The translations under genes and the position numbers were made by a program. 64,000 bases of DNA from positions 217,784-281,783 of the forward strand of contig DISH01000006.1 of assembly GCA_002421665.1 (NCBI GenBank). Reading direction: 5' to 3'. A model generated the notes under the pieces. That model was not told the DNA's origin. It ran no database searches and saw only the letters and a program-made list of their open reading frames with translations. The stretch is from Candidatus Omnitrophica bacterium UBA6215 (lineage in GTDB: Bacteria > Omnitrophota > Gorgyraeia > Pluralincolimonadales > Pluralincolimonadaceae). The first letter of the stretch is position 1. Each line of letters opens with the position of its first letter. Below, piece by piece: positions 1 through 8,019 of the stretch.

Positions 1-99
1 GGCGATTTTGGAACCCACAACCTTATATTCACCACTTTAAACCACTTTACTCCACCTAACGCTACAAAGTATACACTCCTCCCCCACCCATGTCAAGAA

Positions 100-143
100 A
101 AAAATGGGAAAAAATATGGGGCTGTCCCGTTAGGAACAGCCCC
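100..143 (-). terminator. Rho-independent terminator downstream of pilT
   Basis: An 8-bp GC-rich inverted repeat GGGGCTGT/ACAGCCCC (about 118-125 and 136-143) with a 10-nt loop. On the minus strand it is followed by a U-rich tract (reverse complement of aaaatgggaaaaaatat). It begins about 35 nt past the pilT stop. Confidence 0.5.
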
Positions 144-180
144 AAAAAATATGTATGATTTTAAAGGAAAACGGCGCTCT

Positions 181-1278
181 TCAGCGCTCGGTGAACGGAG
201 TCCCCCGTTCGGTGCGTTTTATGCCTTTGAGGGCCAATTCGAGGACCGGAATGGAATCGCAGAATCTCTTGGCCTCTTCCGCGGATATCCTGCCGTCAAG
301 ACAGAGTTTCGCAAGGTACTGGTCAAAGGTCTGCATACCGTAGATAGATCCGTCTTCGATGAACTGTATAAGCTCGTTGGTCTTGCCTTCTCTTATAAGC
401 GCGGATATAGTCGGCGTATTCAGCATTATCTCGCAGGCCGGGACCCTTCCCTTGCCTTCCTTGACCGGGATCAGTCTCTGCGATATTATCCCTTTAAGTA
501 AAAGGGAAAGCTGCATCCTGATCTCCTCGTGCTGGTGTGGAGGGTAAAAATTCACTATCCTCTCGACCGTTTGGATGGCATTTATAGAATGTATCGTGCT
601 GACAACAAGCTGCCCGGTCTCGGCCGCGTTCATCGCCGCTGCCATGGTCTGCATATCGCGGATATTCCCTATAAATATTACATCGGGGCTCTGGTACATG
701 ACATGCTTCAAAGCCTCGATATAATCGGGCGTATCGAGGCCTATCTCCCTCTGTTCAATGAGCGACTTCTTGTCGTTGAACACGAACTCTATGGGGTCTT
801 CTATCGTCACAACGTGAGAGGGAAGGTTTTGGTTGATATATTCGATGATGCTGGCTATTGTTGTCGATTTTCCGCTGCCGGTAGCACCGGTTATCAATAT
901 GAGCCCGCGCTTTTCAAGCGAAAGCTTACCCAGAACTTTTGCGGGCAGGTTTAATTCGTTAAATGTCTCTATCTTTCCTTTTATATATCTGAATACCGCC
1001 CCGGGTACGCCGTTTTGGTGGAAGATACTCCCGCGAAACCTGCCGAGTCCTTCTATGTTCATGCCGAAATCTATCTCTCGTTCGGTATCAAAAGCCTTCT
1101 TCTGTGCAGGGTTCAGCATCTCGGCGATCATGCCGGAAATGTCTTTCTCCGTGATCCTTTCCTGGTTCGCCGGTATGAGCGAACCGTCCGTCCGGAAATT
1201 AACAGGGCTTCCGACCTTGAAAAATATATCGGAAGCCCCCGATTCCACCATAGACCTGAAAATAGCTTTTATATCCAT
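181..1278 (-). CDS. pilT: Type IV pilus retraction ATPase PilT/PilU family (twitching motility protein)
   Basis: 365-aa ORF. Walker A GATGSGKST, with PilT-type motifs (IEDPIEF, HLVVSTIHS) and a length typical of PilT rather than PilB. Followed by a hairpin terminator. Confidence 0.9.
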   Translation of the reverse strand: MDIKAIFRSMVESGASDIFFKVGSPVNFRTDGSLIPANQERITEKDISGMIAEMLNPAQKKAFDTEREIDFGMNIEGLGRFRGSIFHQNGVPGAVFRYIKGKIETFNELNLPAKVLGKLSLEKRGLILITGATGSGKSTTIASIIEYINQNLPSHVVTIEDPIEFVFNDKKSLIEQREIGLDTPDYIEALKHVMYQSPDVIFIGNIRDMQTMAAAMNAAETGQLVVSTIHSINAIQTVERIVNFYPPHQHEEIRMQLSLLLKGIISQRLIPVKEGKGRVPACEIMLNTPTISALIREGKTNELIQFIEDGSIYGMQTFDQYLAKLCLDGRISAEEAKRFCDSIPVLELALKGIKRTERGTPFTER

Positions 1279-1302
1279 GCCAGCTCACACTCCTGAAATT
1301 TA

Positions 1303-1653
1303 ATTGGGCAAGCCTGTAAGCCGAGTTCTGTGTGGCCCCGTTAAGGGCCATGGCGGTCATCCATCTGGTCCCCGGATCGCTCCGGGGCTCAAGCAGCCAA
1401 CCCGCACATCCGACCTTAAAGGTCCGGGGCGGACAACCCCGAATGATGCGCCTATTTGGCCTTGCTCCGCGTAGAGATTGCCGCGTTTCACTTCTTCCCG
1501 GCGTTAAGGCCGTCCGGCCTCCCGCATGGGATTGTTCGTCACTGTGGCTCTGATCCTTGCCTTACGGCAGACGGGTATTACCCGCTACGCTGTCCTGTGG
1601 AGCTCGGACTTTCCTCTCCCATTACTGGAAGTAACCGTCCGGCTTGCCCAAAT
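1303..1653 (-). ncRNA. rnpB: RNase P RNA, bacterial type A (rnpB)
   Basis: The reverse complement contains hallmark conserved blocks. These are GAGGAAAGTCCGAGCTCCACAGG (P4 5' strand), GCAAGGCCAAATAGG, and ACAGAACTCGGCTTA (P4 3' strand), with P1 pairing GGGCAAGCC...GGCTTGCCC. Length about 350 nt. It lies in the gap between the pilT start and the rnhA stop. The plus-strand ORFs at 1332-1885 are spurious. Confidence 0.85.
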
Positions 1654-1660
1654 CCTTGTT

Positions 1661-2089
1661 CTAAAAGAGCGATTCCTCACCCACTGCCTTGTCGGCCAAC
1701 CTGTCCGCACCTTTATTGAGCGAACGGTCTATGTGGTTTATCTCATATTTGCTGAAACCCGACAAGAGATGTTCGACCTGCCCGCTAAGCGGTTTCAGAC
1801 CCTTGTCCTTGACCCTATACTCCTTCTTGACCTGCTTCACCATCAGTTCGGAATCACAATTGATTATAACTTCATCAGCCCTTAAAATCAAGGCCTCCTG
1901 CAGACCGTATATGAGCGCCGTATATTCGGCTACGTTATTTGTGGTCTCTCCTATGTATTTGGAGACGTTCCTGACCGTCTCCCCGTTCTCATCGCAGACC
2001 ACAACACCTATACCTGACGGCCCGGGATTTCCGCGTGAACCGCCGTCCGTATAGATAACGAGACGTTTAGGCATCGGCTTCCTTTTCAA
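1661..2089 (-). CDS. rnhA: Ribonuclease HI
   Basis: 142-aa ORF with the RNase H fold motifs TDGGSRGNPGP...NNVAEYTALIYGL...D. The real start may be the internal MPKRL (top about 2074), which overlaps the upstream gene's stop by 8 nt. Confidence 0.85.
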   Translation of the reverse strand: MKRKPMPKRLVIYTDGGSRGNPGPSGIGVVVCDENGETVRNVSKYIGETTNNVAEYTALIYGLQEALILRADEVIINCDSELMVKQVKKEYRVKDKGLKPLSGQVEHLLSGFSKYEINHIDRSLNKGADRLADKAVGEESLF

Positions 2090-2798
2090 TATATAATATA
2101 CGGGCGCAGCTTTCGCAAGTGATTATCTTGTCGCCCATCTTTATCTCATTTATGACCTGCGGGGGGAGGTTCATGAAGCAACCTTGGCATGCCTTGTTCT
2201 TTACTGGAACTATCGCTAAACCGTCCCTGCCCGAAAGGACTTTGTCATAATGCCCGAGGACCTTGTGGTCCACAAGGGCTGCTAACTCCCCGCGTCTAGT
2301 ACTAAGCGCCGCTATTTCATTATCGAGGGAAGTTACCTCCGATTCGATTTTTTTCCTGTCATCGCCAAGGTGCTTGTCTGCCTCGGTAAAAAGGCTTTTC
2401 TCTTTCTCCATCTCTTTGGAAAGGAACTCCGATTCTTCCATGAGGACAAGTATGTCATCCTCTATCCTGGATTTATCGGCCTTCTGCCCTTCTATCTCCT
2501 GCTGCATCGATTGGTATTCCTTGTTAGTCTTGAGCTGATAGAGCTGGGTCTGAAGCTTTTTGATATTTTCTTCTTTCGCCTGGAGGTCGAGTTCCCGCTG
2601 TTTGCGTTTTACCTGGTTGGCCTTGGTTTTCTCCTCGATAGCCTTAACGGCCGCCTGCTCTTCATCCCTCCTGACCTCGAGGTCCTCGATAAGTTTTGGC
2701 TTGGATTCCCGTTCTTTCTTGAGGCGGAAGATATCGCTGTCGACGGCCTGAAGATCGATGAGCCGTCTTATCTGTTCTTCTGCATTTATCTTTTGCAT
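2067..2798 (-). CDS. Coiled-coil protein with C-terminal C4 zinc ribbon (COG1579/DUF164 family)
   Basis: A long coiled-coil region ending in CQGC...CESC. The start is placed at MQKINAEE (ATG top 2798), because the ORF-track N-terminal extension (TTG at 2900) runs through tRNA-Val. Confidence 0.7.
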   Translation of the reverse strand: MQKINAEEQIRRLIDLQAVDSDIFRLKKERESKPKLIEDLEVRRDEEQAAVKAIEEKTKANQVKRKQRELDLQAKEENIKKLQTQLYQLKTNKEYQSMQQEIEGQKADKSRIEDDILVLMEESEFLSKEMEKEKSLFTEADKHLGDDRKKIESEVTSLDNEIAALSTRRGELAALVDHKVLGHYDKVLSGRDGLAIVPVKNKACQGCFMNLPPQVINEIKMGDKIITCESCARILYIEKEADA

Positions 2799-2821
2799 TT
2801 GGCGCTCCCAGAGGTGTGAAA

Positions 2822-2898
2822 TGGTGGGCGATAAAGGATTCGAACCTTTGACCTCCACAATGTGAATGTGGCGCTCTAACCAACTGAGCCAATCGCCC
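2822..2898 (-). tRNA. tRNA-Val (anticodon CAC)
   Basis: A cloverleaf folded by hand from the reverse complement GGGCGATTGGCTCAGTTGGTTAGAGCGCCACATTCACATTGTGGAGGTCAAAGGTTCGAATCCTTTATCGCCCACCA. It has a 7-bp acceptor stem, GCTC/GAGC D stem, CCACA/TGTGG anticodon stem with loop TTCACAT, a TTCGAAT T-loop and an encoded CCA. Confidence 0.85.
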
Positions 2899-2904
2899 AA
2901 AAAA

Positions 2905-2981
2905 TGGTGGGCCCAATAGGACTTGAACCTATGACCCGCTGATTATGAGTCAGCTGCTCTAACCAACTGAGCTATGGGCCC
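2905..2981 (-). tRNA. tRNA-Met (anticodon CAU; elongator Met or possibly Ile2/lysidine type)
   Basis: Reverse complement GGGCCCATAGCTCAGTTGGTTAGAGCAGCTGACTCATAATCAGCGGGTCATAGGTTCAAGTCCTATTGGGCCCACCA. It has a 7-bp acceptor stem, anticodon loop CTCATAA and an encoded CCA. It lacks initiator features (C1:A72 mismatch, three G-C pairs in the anticodon stem). Confidence 0.8.
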
Positions 2982-2997
2982 ATGAAAAGTATTAGAT

Positions 2998-3026
2998 ATG
3001 ATACTATTTCGGGGTATTTTTGGCAA
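2998..3026 (-). promoter_or_regulatory. Putative sigma70 promoter for the tRNA-Met/tRNA-Val transcript
   Basis: On the minus strand, TTGCCA, a 17-nt spacer and TATCAT sit about 16 nt upstream of the tRNA-Met 5' end, in the 67-nt gap between the rpoD stop and the tRNA. Confidence 0.4.
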
Positions 3027-3048
3027 GCCAAAAATTACTGCGGAGGCG

Positions 3049-4644
3049 CTAAGATACGCTCTCCTCTCCCAGTCCCAATCCCATCTCGAGGAAGGTCTTA
3101 AGCTTCTTTGAACGTATGGGATGGCGGAGCTTGCGCAGGGCCTTGGCTTCTATCTGTCTTACCCTCTCCCTGGTAACGTTGAATATCGAGCCGACTTCCT
3201 CGAGCGTCCTGGGACAGCCGTCGCCGATCCCGAAACGCAGCTTAAGGACCTTCTTCTCGCGTTCGGTAAGTGTCGTAAGGACATCTTCGAGTTGTTCCTT
3301 GAGCATTGAATAAGCAGTCGCGTTCGCAGGCGATATGGCCCGTTTATCCTCGATAAAGTCCCCGAAATGGGTGTCGCCTTCATCGCCTACCGGGGTCTGG
3401 AGTGATATAGGTTCCTGCGCTATTTTAAGGATACCGCGGACCTTTTCGGTAGCCATCCTCATCTCGTGCGCTATCTCCTCCGGAAGGGGCTCCCTGCCCG
3501 TCTCCTGTACAAGGTTCCGAGAAACCCTGATAAGCTTGTTTATAGTCTCGGTCATATGGACCGGGATCCTTATAGTGCGCGCTTGGTCGGCTATCGCGCG
3601 CGTTATCGCCTGCCTTATCCACCACGTCGCGTATGTAGAAAATTTATACCCACGCTCGTACTCGAACTTATCGACCGCACGCATGAGACCGATGTTGCCT
3701 TCCTGTATTAAGTCAAGGAACGAAAGCCCCCTGTTAGTGTATTTCTTTGCTATGGATACAACGAGCCTCAGGTTGGCTTCCACCAGTTTCTTCTGCGCAC
3801 TCTCGAACTGCCTCTCCCTTCTCCTGACATAAGCCAGGCGGTCCTTTACCCTGAGGAGGGGCTCGCCAAAATCCACCAAAACCCGGCGTCTCCTATCCTT
3901 GATCTGCTTTACCTGCGCTCTTACGGCCTTGGTGTTCTTCCCTCGCAGCCTGATTATGTCCCTGTCGATCCTCTCAAGCTCCATGACCAGGCGTTTCATC
4001 ATATTGGAGATATCCTCGACCACTGAGGTCGAGAACTTGAAATCCATCAGGAGCGGGACAAGGTTGGTGGTCTTTTTGGCACCGCGAAGCCGCTTGGTAA
4101 GCTTCTGTATCTTCCTTATGACCTTCTCTATCTTATCGGTAGGATCGATATCGATAACCTCGTCGATATTCACCTGCCTGGCAAGGATATCATTGACAAG
4201 TGCAAGTATCTCTTTCCTGCAGAACTTGCATTCAAATACCGATTCCCGGAACCTCAACTCGGCTTCTTTTATTTTCTTTGCCAGTTCAAGCTCCTGCTCG
4301 CGAGTAAGAAGGGATATCTGCCCCATCTGTTTCAGGTACATACGGACGGGATCTTCCATGACCGCCATGCGAGGCATCTCTTCGGCTTCGGCCTCGTGCT
4401 TATGGACCTCTTCTTTCTCTTCCTCAAGAGCTTCCTCCTTGAGGTCCTTCTCTTCTTCTGAATCTACTATCTCTATCTTCTCTTTATCGAGAATGGCAAA
4501 GATCTCATCGATGTCCTCCGAAGAAGTGACTTCCTCGGGCAACAGGTTATTCACCTCTTCGAAGGTAAGGTGCCCCTTCTCTTTCCCGAGAGCTATAAGT
4601 TTCTCGAGGCCTTTTATCTTTTTCCTTATATCGGTCTTCTTCAC
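3049..4644 (-). CDS. rpoD: RNA polymerase sigma factor RpoD/SigA (sigma-70)
   Basis: All sigma70 regions are present, including [37 protein letters not shown] and a region 4 HTH. The start is ambiguous among ATG at 4674 (no SD, 27-nt overlap with dnaG), ATG at 4650 (ATGA overlap with the dnaG stop, SD abutting), and GTG at 4644 (AAGGAG-N6-GTG). GTG is chosen because of the canonical SD spacing. Confidence 0.85.
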   Translation of the reverse strand: MKKTDIRKKIKGLEKLIALGKEKGHLTFEEVNNLLPEEVTSSEDIDEIFAILDKEKIEIVDSEEEKDLKEEALEEEKEEVHKHEAEAEEMPRMAVMEDPVRMYLKQMGQISLLTREQELELAKKIKEAELRFRESVFECKFCRKEILALVNDILARQVNIDEVIDIDPTDKIEKVIRKIQKLTKRLRGAKKTTNLVPLLMDFKFSTSVVEDISNMMKRLVMELERIDRDIIRLRGKNTKAVRAQVKQIKDRRRRVLVDFGEPLLRVKDRLAYVRRRERQFESAQKKLVEANLRLVVSIAKKYTNRGLSFLDLIQEGNIGLMRAVDKFEYERGYKFSTYATWWIRQAITRAIADQARTIRIPVHMTETINKLIRVSRNLVQETGREPLPEEIAHEMRMATEKVRGILKIAQEPISLQTPVGDEGDTHFGDFIEDKRAISPANATAYSMLKEQLEDVLTTLTEREKKVLKLRFGIGDGCPRTLEEVGSIFNVTRERVRQIEAKALRKLRHPIRSKKLKTFLEMGLGLGEESVS

Positions 4645-4646
4645 AG

Positions 4647-6413
4647 TCATCTCCTTACAAACTCTTTCCGGCATTTAACCAACCCGCTATATTCGGCCAC
4701 AAGCTGGCTGACCTTGCCCTCGTCTCCCATCATCTGGGCGGCTTTGATAAGGTTCTGCAATTCGGAGAGCCTCGATTCCGCATGCTTGTACTTCATCCAT
4801 CTTATACAATCCTCGAGGTTCTTCTGTTTATCCTTTATATCATCCACTATACTCGTGGATTCCGCTATAAGTCTGGTAAGCTCCGGCTCGAAAAACCTGT
4901 TTATCATCTGCGAAGGGCTGGCTGACTTTCCGTCCGCCGAGGCGAATATCTCTTCCGCCACTTTCCTGGCAGATGCATCTTCGAAATCCGATGGCTTTAA
5001 ACTGCCCCTGACCTGCTCAACTAACTCATTGTCGTCGAGCATGAGCCCTATTATTATCTTCTCGGCCATGGCCGCCTGCTGCTTCTCTTCGGATACGGTA
5101 TCTTCCGAAAACTCATACCCGCGGTCATGCTTGACCTTCTTGATCTCCGATAGTAATGCCTCTTCCCTTATACGCAGCTTTTCCGATAGCTGCTTTATAT
5201 ATTCGAACTTAAGGACGGCATCGGTAACTTTAGCTATTGTCGGCAGCATCTCCGAACATATCTTCGCTTTCCCCGTAGAGCTGCGGCTGTCATGCCTGGA
5301 TTCGAGTACTCCCAGTTTATATTCAAAAAGGTCCGACGCGGAATTAACCAGCGATTCCAGCGCCGCGGCGCCCTTACTGCGCACGAATGAATCCGGGTCA
5401 AAGCCTTTCGGCAGGACCGCTACCCTGACCGACATACCTTCCTGCAGGAATATGTCAAGCCCCCGCAGGGAGGCCGATTCCCCGGCGGCATCTCCGTCGT
5501 AAAGCATCACTACGTTCTTGGTATACCTTTTTATCAGCCTGGCCTGAGAGTCCGTCAGGCTCGTACCTAGGGAAGCCGAAACATTGGGCAGACCTTCCTG
5601 GTAAGGGATGAGAAAATCGAGGTATCCCTCTACTATGACACAAAGGTCCTTTTCCCTTACGGCCTGCACCGAAAAATTAAATCCGTAAAGATGTCTGCTC
5701 TTTACATATACTTCCGTCTCAGGGGAATTTATGTACTTGGGTAAAGAGTTGTCAAGTACTCTCGCGCCGAAAGCAACTACTTTGCCCTTTATGTCGAAGA
5801 TCGGGAATATGATCTTGTTCCTGAACCTGTCGTAGTGACCGCCTTTTTCACCCGGCAGGACCAGTCCGGCACGTTCCAACAGGTCTGTACCCACGCCTTT
5901 GGTCTTGGCGTAATTTATCAGCTCGCTCCAGCCATCCGGCGCAAACCCGAGACCCGTTTTTTCGGCAGTCTTATCGTTTACACCCCGGCTTTTAAGGTAT
6001 GCCCCGGCACGTTTACCCGCTTCCGTCTTGGAGAGCATGGAGCGGTAAAACTCGGCTGCCAATTCGTTGGCCCTGTATATCTGGACAGCGTAGCTGCTTG
6101 TTTCAAATTGGCCGCGCGTAAAACTCGGCAGCGGCACTCCGGCCCTCTTCGCCAGTATCCTGACCGCCTCCGGGAAATCTATATTTTCCATCTTCATAAC
6201 GAACCCGAAGACGTTACCGCCCGCGCCGCATCCGAAACAATGGTAGATCTGCTTGGAAGGGCTTACCATAAATGAAGGCGTCTTTTCCTTATGGAACGGG
6301 CAGTTGGCCTTGTAGTTCCTGCCGGCACGCCTGAGAGGTATATAGCTCCCGACGACCTCTACTATATCCGACTTACTTTGTACTTCTTCTAACAGCTGCT
6401 CCGAAAACGCCAT
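4647..6413 (-). CDS. dnaG: DNA primase DnaG
   Basis: Zinc-binding [11 protein letters not shown]...[12 protein letters not shown], a TOPRIM domain (EGYLD, YDGDAAG) and a C-terminal helicase-binding region. The start is taken at [10 protein letters not shown], 1 nt past the upstream stop. The ORF-track start at 6449 would overlap nif3 by 37 nt. Confidence 0.9.
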   Translation of the reverse strand: MAFSEQLLEEVQSKSDIVEVVGSYIPLRRAGRNYKANCPFHKEKTPSFMVSPSKQIYHCFGCGAGGNVFGFVMKMENIDFPEAVRILAKRAGVPLPSFTRGQFETSSYAVQIYRANELAAEFYRSMLSKTEAGKRAGAYLKSRGVNDKTAEKTGLGFAPDGWSELINYAKTKGVGTDLLERAGLVLPGEKGGHYDRFRNKIIFPIFDIKGKVVAFGARVLDNSLPKYINSPETEVYVKSRHLYGFNFSVQAVREKDLCVIVEGYLDFLIPYQEGLPNVSASLGTSLTDSQARLIKRYTKNVVMLYDGDAAGESASLRGLDIFLQEGMSVRVAVLPKGFDPDSFVRSKGAAALESLVNSASDLFEYKLGVLESRHDSRSSTGKAKICSEMLPTIAKVTDAVLKFEYIKQLSEKLRIREEALLSEIKKVKHDRGYEFSEDTVSEEKQQAAMAEKIIIGLMLDDNELVEQVRGSLKPSDFEDASARKVAEEIFASADGKSASPSQMINRFFEPELTRLIAESTSIVDDIKDKQKNLEDCIRWMKYKHAESRLSELQNLIKAAQMMGDEGKVSQLVAEYSGLVKCRKEFVRR

Positions 6414-7372
6414 TATTTCCTGCGGCTTATCCTTTCGAAACCCGAGCAACCGATGAACTCCACCTTACTTTCCTTCTCAATCTTGTCGAAGAGCAGGTTA
6501 AGGCCGAGGTTATCACTCGAAATATGGCCTGCGATCACTATGTTCATATGCCCTTTTTGGGCGTTCTTGAGATGGTCCTCCCCGAGGTGCATAGCTATTA
6601 TAGTGCCTACGCCCGCGGCCTCGAGTTTTTCGAACATGTTCGTCGGGCCTTCCGTACCGCCGGTCATGTCCACAAAAACCTTGCCGGCCCTGTTCCTGGC
6701 ATCACCGAAGAATACGCGCGGCCCCGCGTTCACCTTCATTGCCTGCTGGTATTCCGGTATACCCTTTAGGATATCTATGACATCCGATACAGTCTCGGGC
6801 TTCTTATCATCCATCATCTTCTGGAGAAACGTGACCACGTGATTATCGGCCGGGGTATGGGCACACATCATGGGAATGTCGAGAAGCCTCGCGGCATCAA
6901 CGGTACGGGTATGGTTCGCGGGCAGGACCCTGCGCTCGACCTCTTTTACCCTGTCCCTCATTATGCCTTCGGCAACATTTATCGGGACCCCGAACTTCGC
7001 CCAGATATCTGGCTGCATATTCATTACTTCGTAGAAGTTCGCCCACGCGCGGCCTTCAGGGTGATGCGCGATCACCAGATCTATCTTCCCGCCTTTATCA
7101 TTGAGCCTGTCCGCGAGCATGATCTCCCCGACTTCCATATCTACACCGACAATCGCGCGCTTGACCTCGGTAGAACCTTCGCCGTACAGTATCCTGGTAT
7201 CCGCATAAGGGTTCGCGAGCCTTTCCTTATCAAAGTATTTCTTGTCGCATTCTTTCAGCGCCTCGAAATCTTTCTTTGCCTTGGTCAATACTTTAGCTAC
7301 GGTCTCTTTGCCGCGCGGATCTGCGGCTATGCCTTCCTCCACCACTTTCTGGTAAATCCTGGATAGCTTCAA
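6413..7372 (-). CDS. Nif3-like dinuclear metal-centre protein (YqfO/YbgI family)
   Basis: 319-aa ORF with metal-ligand motifs VIAHHPE and AGHISSDNLG. It sits in the conserved sigA-dnaG-nif3 neighbourhood. Confidence 0.8.
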   Translation of the reverse strand: MKLSRIYQKVVEEGIAADPRGKETVAKVLTKAKKDFEALKECDKKYFDKERLANPYADTRILYGEGSTEVKRAIVGVDMEVGEIMLADRLNDKGGKIDLVIAHHPEGRAWANFYEVMNMQPDIWAKFGVPINVAEGIMRDRVKEVERRVLPANHTRTVDAARLLDIPMMCAHTPADNHVVTFLQKMMDDKKPETVSDVIDILKGIPEYQQAMKVNAGPRVFFGDARNRAGKVFVDMTGGTEGPTNMFEKLEAAGVGTIIAMHLGEDHLKNAQKGHMNIVIAGHISSDNLGLNLLFDKIEKESKVEFIGCSGFERISRRK

Positions 7373-7394
7373 TTCTTCCTCCTGTTTATTCGGA

Positions 7395-7919
7395 TTATTT
7401 CAATTTGTCTTCCGGAGAGGTCTTCCCGACTACCTTATAAGCATACGGGACCAGCTGCCTGATGTAAGGACCCGACAGTGAGCGTTCGTCAACCGACCTT
7501 ACCAGATAATCCACATTCAAGATATTGAACAGCATAAAGAGAAGGCTTAACAGCAAGGCTCCCCTTAAAAGGCCGGCCAAGAAGCCTCCCCACTTGTCTA
7601 TCTTATCGGCAAAAGAAAGTTTAACGATCTTTGTAAGCCCTAAAGCAACGAGTTTAAGGCTCAACATGGGAAGCAATACCAGCAAAACAAAAGAAAAACC
7701 GTCTACCAGGTCTTGCGGAAGGGAGAGCCCGGCATTTATCCTGCTGCCAAAAGGAGAATAATATTTGGCGGCAACATATAACCCTAATATAACCCCTATT
7801 ATCCTGAAAATCTCTACCGACAGGCCCGTTCTGGCGCCAATATAACATGTTCTTAACAAAAGGATTACGGTTAAGACATCAACCCAATTGACACGCTGGA
7901 AGACTTCCGGCAAGATCAT
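7395..7919 (-). CDS. cvpA: CvpA-family membrane protein (colicin V production protein homologue)
   Basis: Four predicted TM helices with a CvpA-like N-terminus NWVDVLTVILLL. The start is set at MILPE (ATG top 7919), because the ORF-track GTG at 7949 lies inside the gene's own -10 element. Confidence 0.75.
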   Translation of the reverse strand: MILPEVFQRVNWVDVLTVILLLRTCYIGARTGLSVEIFRIIGVILGLYVAAKYYSPFGSRINAGLSLPQDLVDGFSFVLLVLLPMLSLKLVALGLTKIVKLSFADKIDKWGGFLAGLLRGALLLSLLFMLFNILNVDYLVRSVDERSLSGPYIRQLVPYAYKVVGKTSPEDKLK

Positions 7920-7939
7920 TCTCCTGATATTTGGAAGTA

Positions 7940-7968
7940 AGTATACCACATAGGGTTAGAATTGTCAA
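7940..7968 (-). promoter_or_regulatory. Putative sigma70 promoter of cvpA
   Basis: On the minus strand, TTGACA, a 17-nt spacer and TATACT (TGg-extended), 20 nt upstream of the MILPE ATG. Confidence 0.5.
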
Positions 7969-7983
7969 GGTACGGTAAAATAC

Positions 7984-8012
7984 TTGACTTTTTTGGCAAA
8001 AAAGAGTATATT
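7984..8012 (+). promoter_or_regulatory. Putative sigma70 promoter giving a leaderless transcript for the 8020 gene
   Basis: TTGACT (7984-7989), a 17-nt spacer and TATATT (8007-8012). The ATG at 8020 is 7 nt downstream of the -10 and there is no SD, which implies a leaderless mRNA. It is divergent from the cvpA promoter. Confidence 0.5.
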
Positions 8013-8019
8013 TTCCTAA

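Noticed and set aside
151-1303. Plus-strand ORFs (151-501, 155-343, 359-547, 529-954, 833-1303, 1015-1296) inside pilT
   Set aside because: They lie antisense to a well-supported 365-aa PilT gene with clear Walker motifs. They have no RBS or known similarity, and are spurious.
2662-2916. 84-aa minus-strand ORF spanning both tRNA genes
   Set aside because: Its sequence is the tRNA-Val and tRNA-Met genes read in a protein frame (TTG start). The tRNA cloverleaves are the real features.
2982-3048. AT-rich palindrome TTTTTGGC-AA-GCCAAAAA, considered as an rpoD terminator
   Set aside because: The stem is almost all A-T, and the -35 of the proposed tRNA promoter overlaps it. At best it is a weak bidirectional element, so it is not called as a terminator.
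3899-5502. Long serine-rich plus-strand ORFs (259 aa and 310 aa) opposite rpoD and dnaG
   Set aside because: They are typical antisense artefacts of the Glu/Lys/Leu-rich coding sequence. Their composition is low-complexity Ser/Phe/Ile, and the sense-strand genes are unambiguous.
7947-7949. GTG start (ORF-track 7949) for cvpA
   Set aside because: It falls inside the gene's own predicted -10 hexamer (TATACT). The downstream ATG (MILPE), preceded by AGGAG, is used instead.
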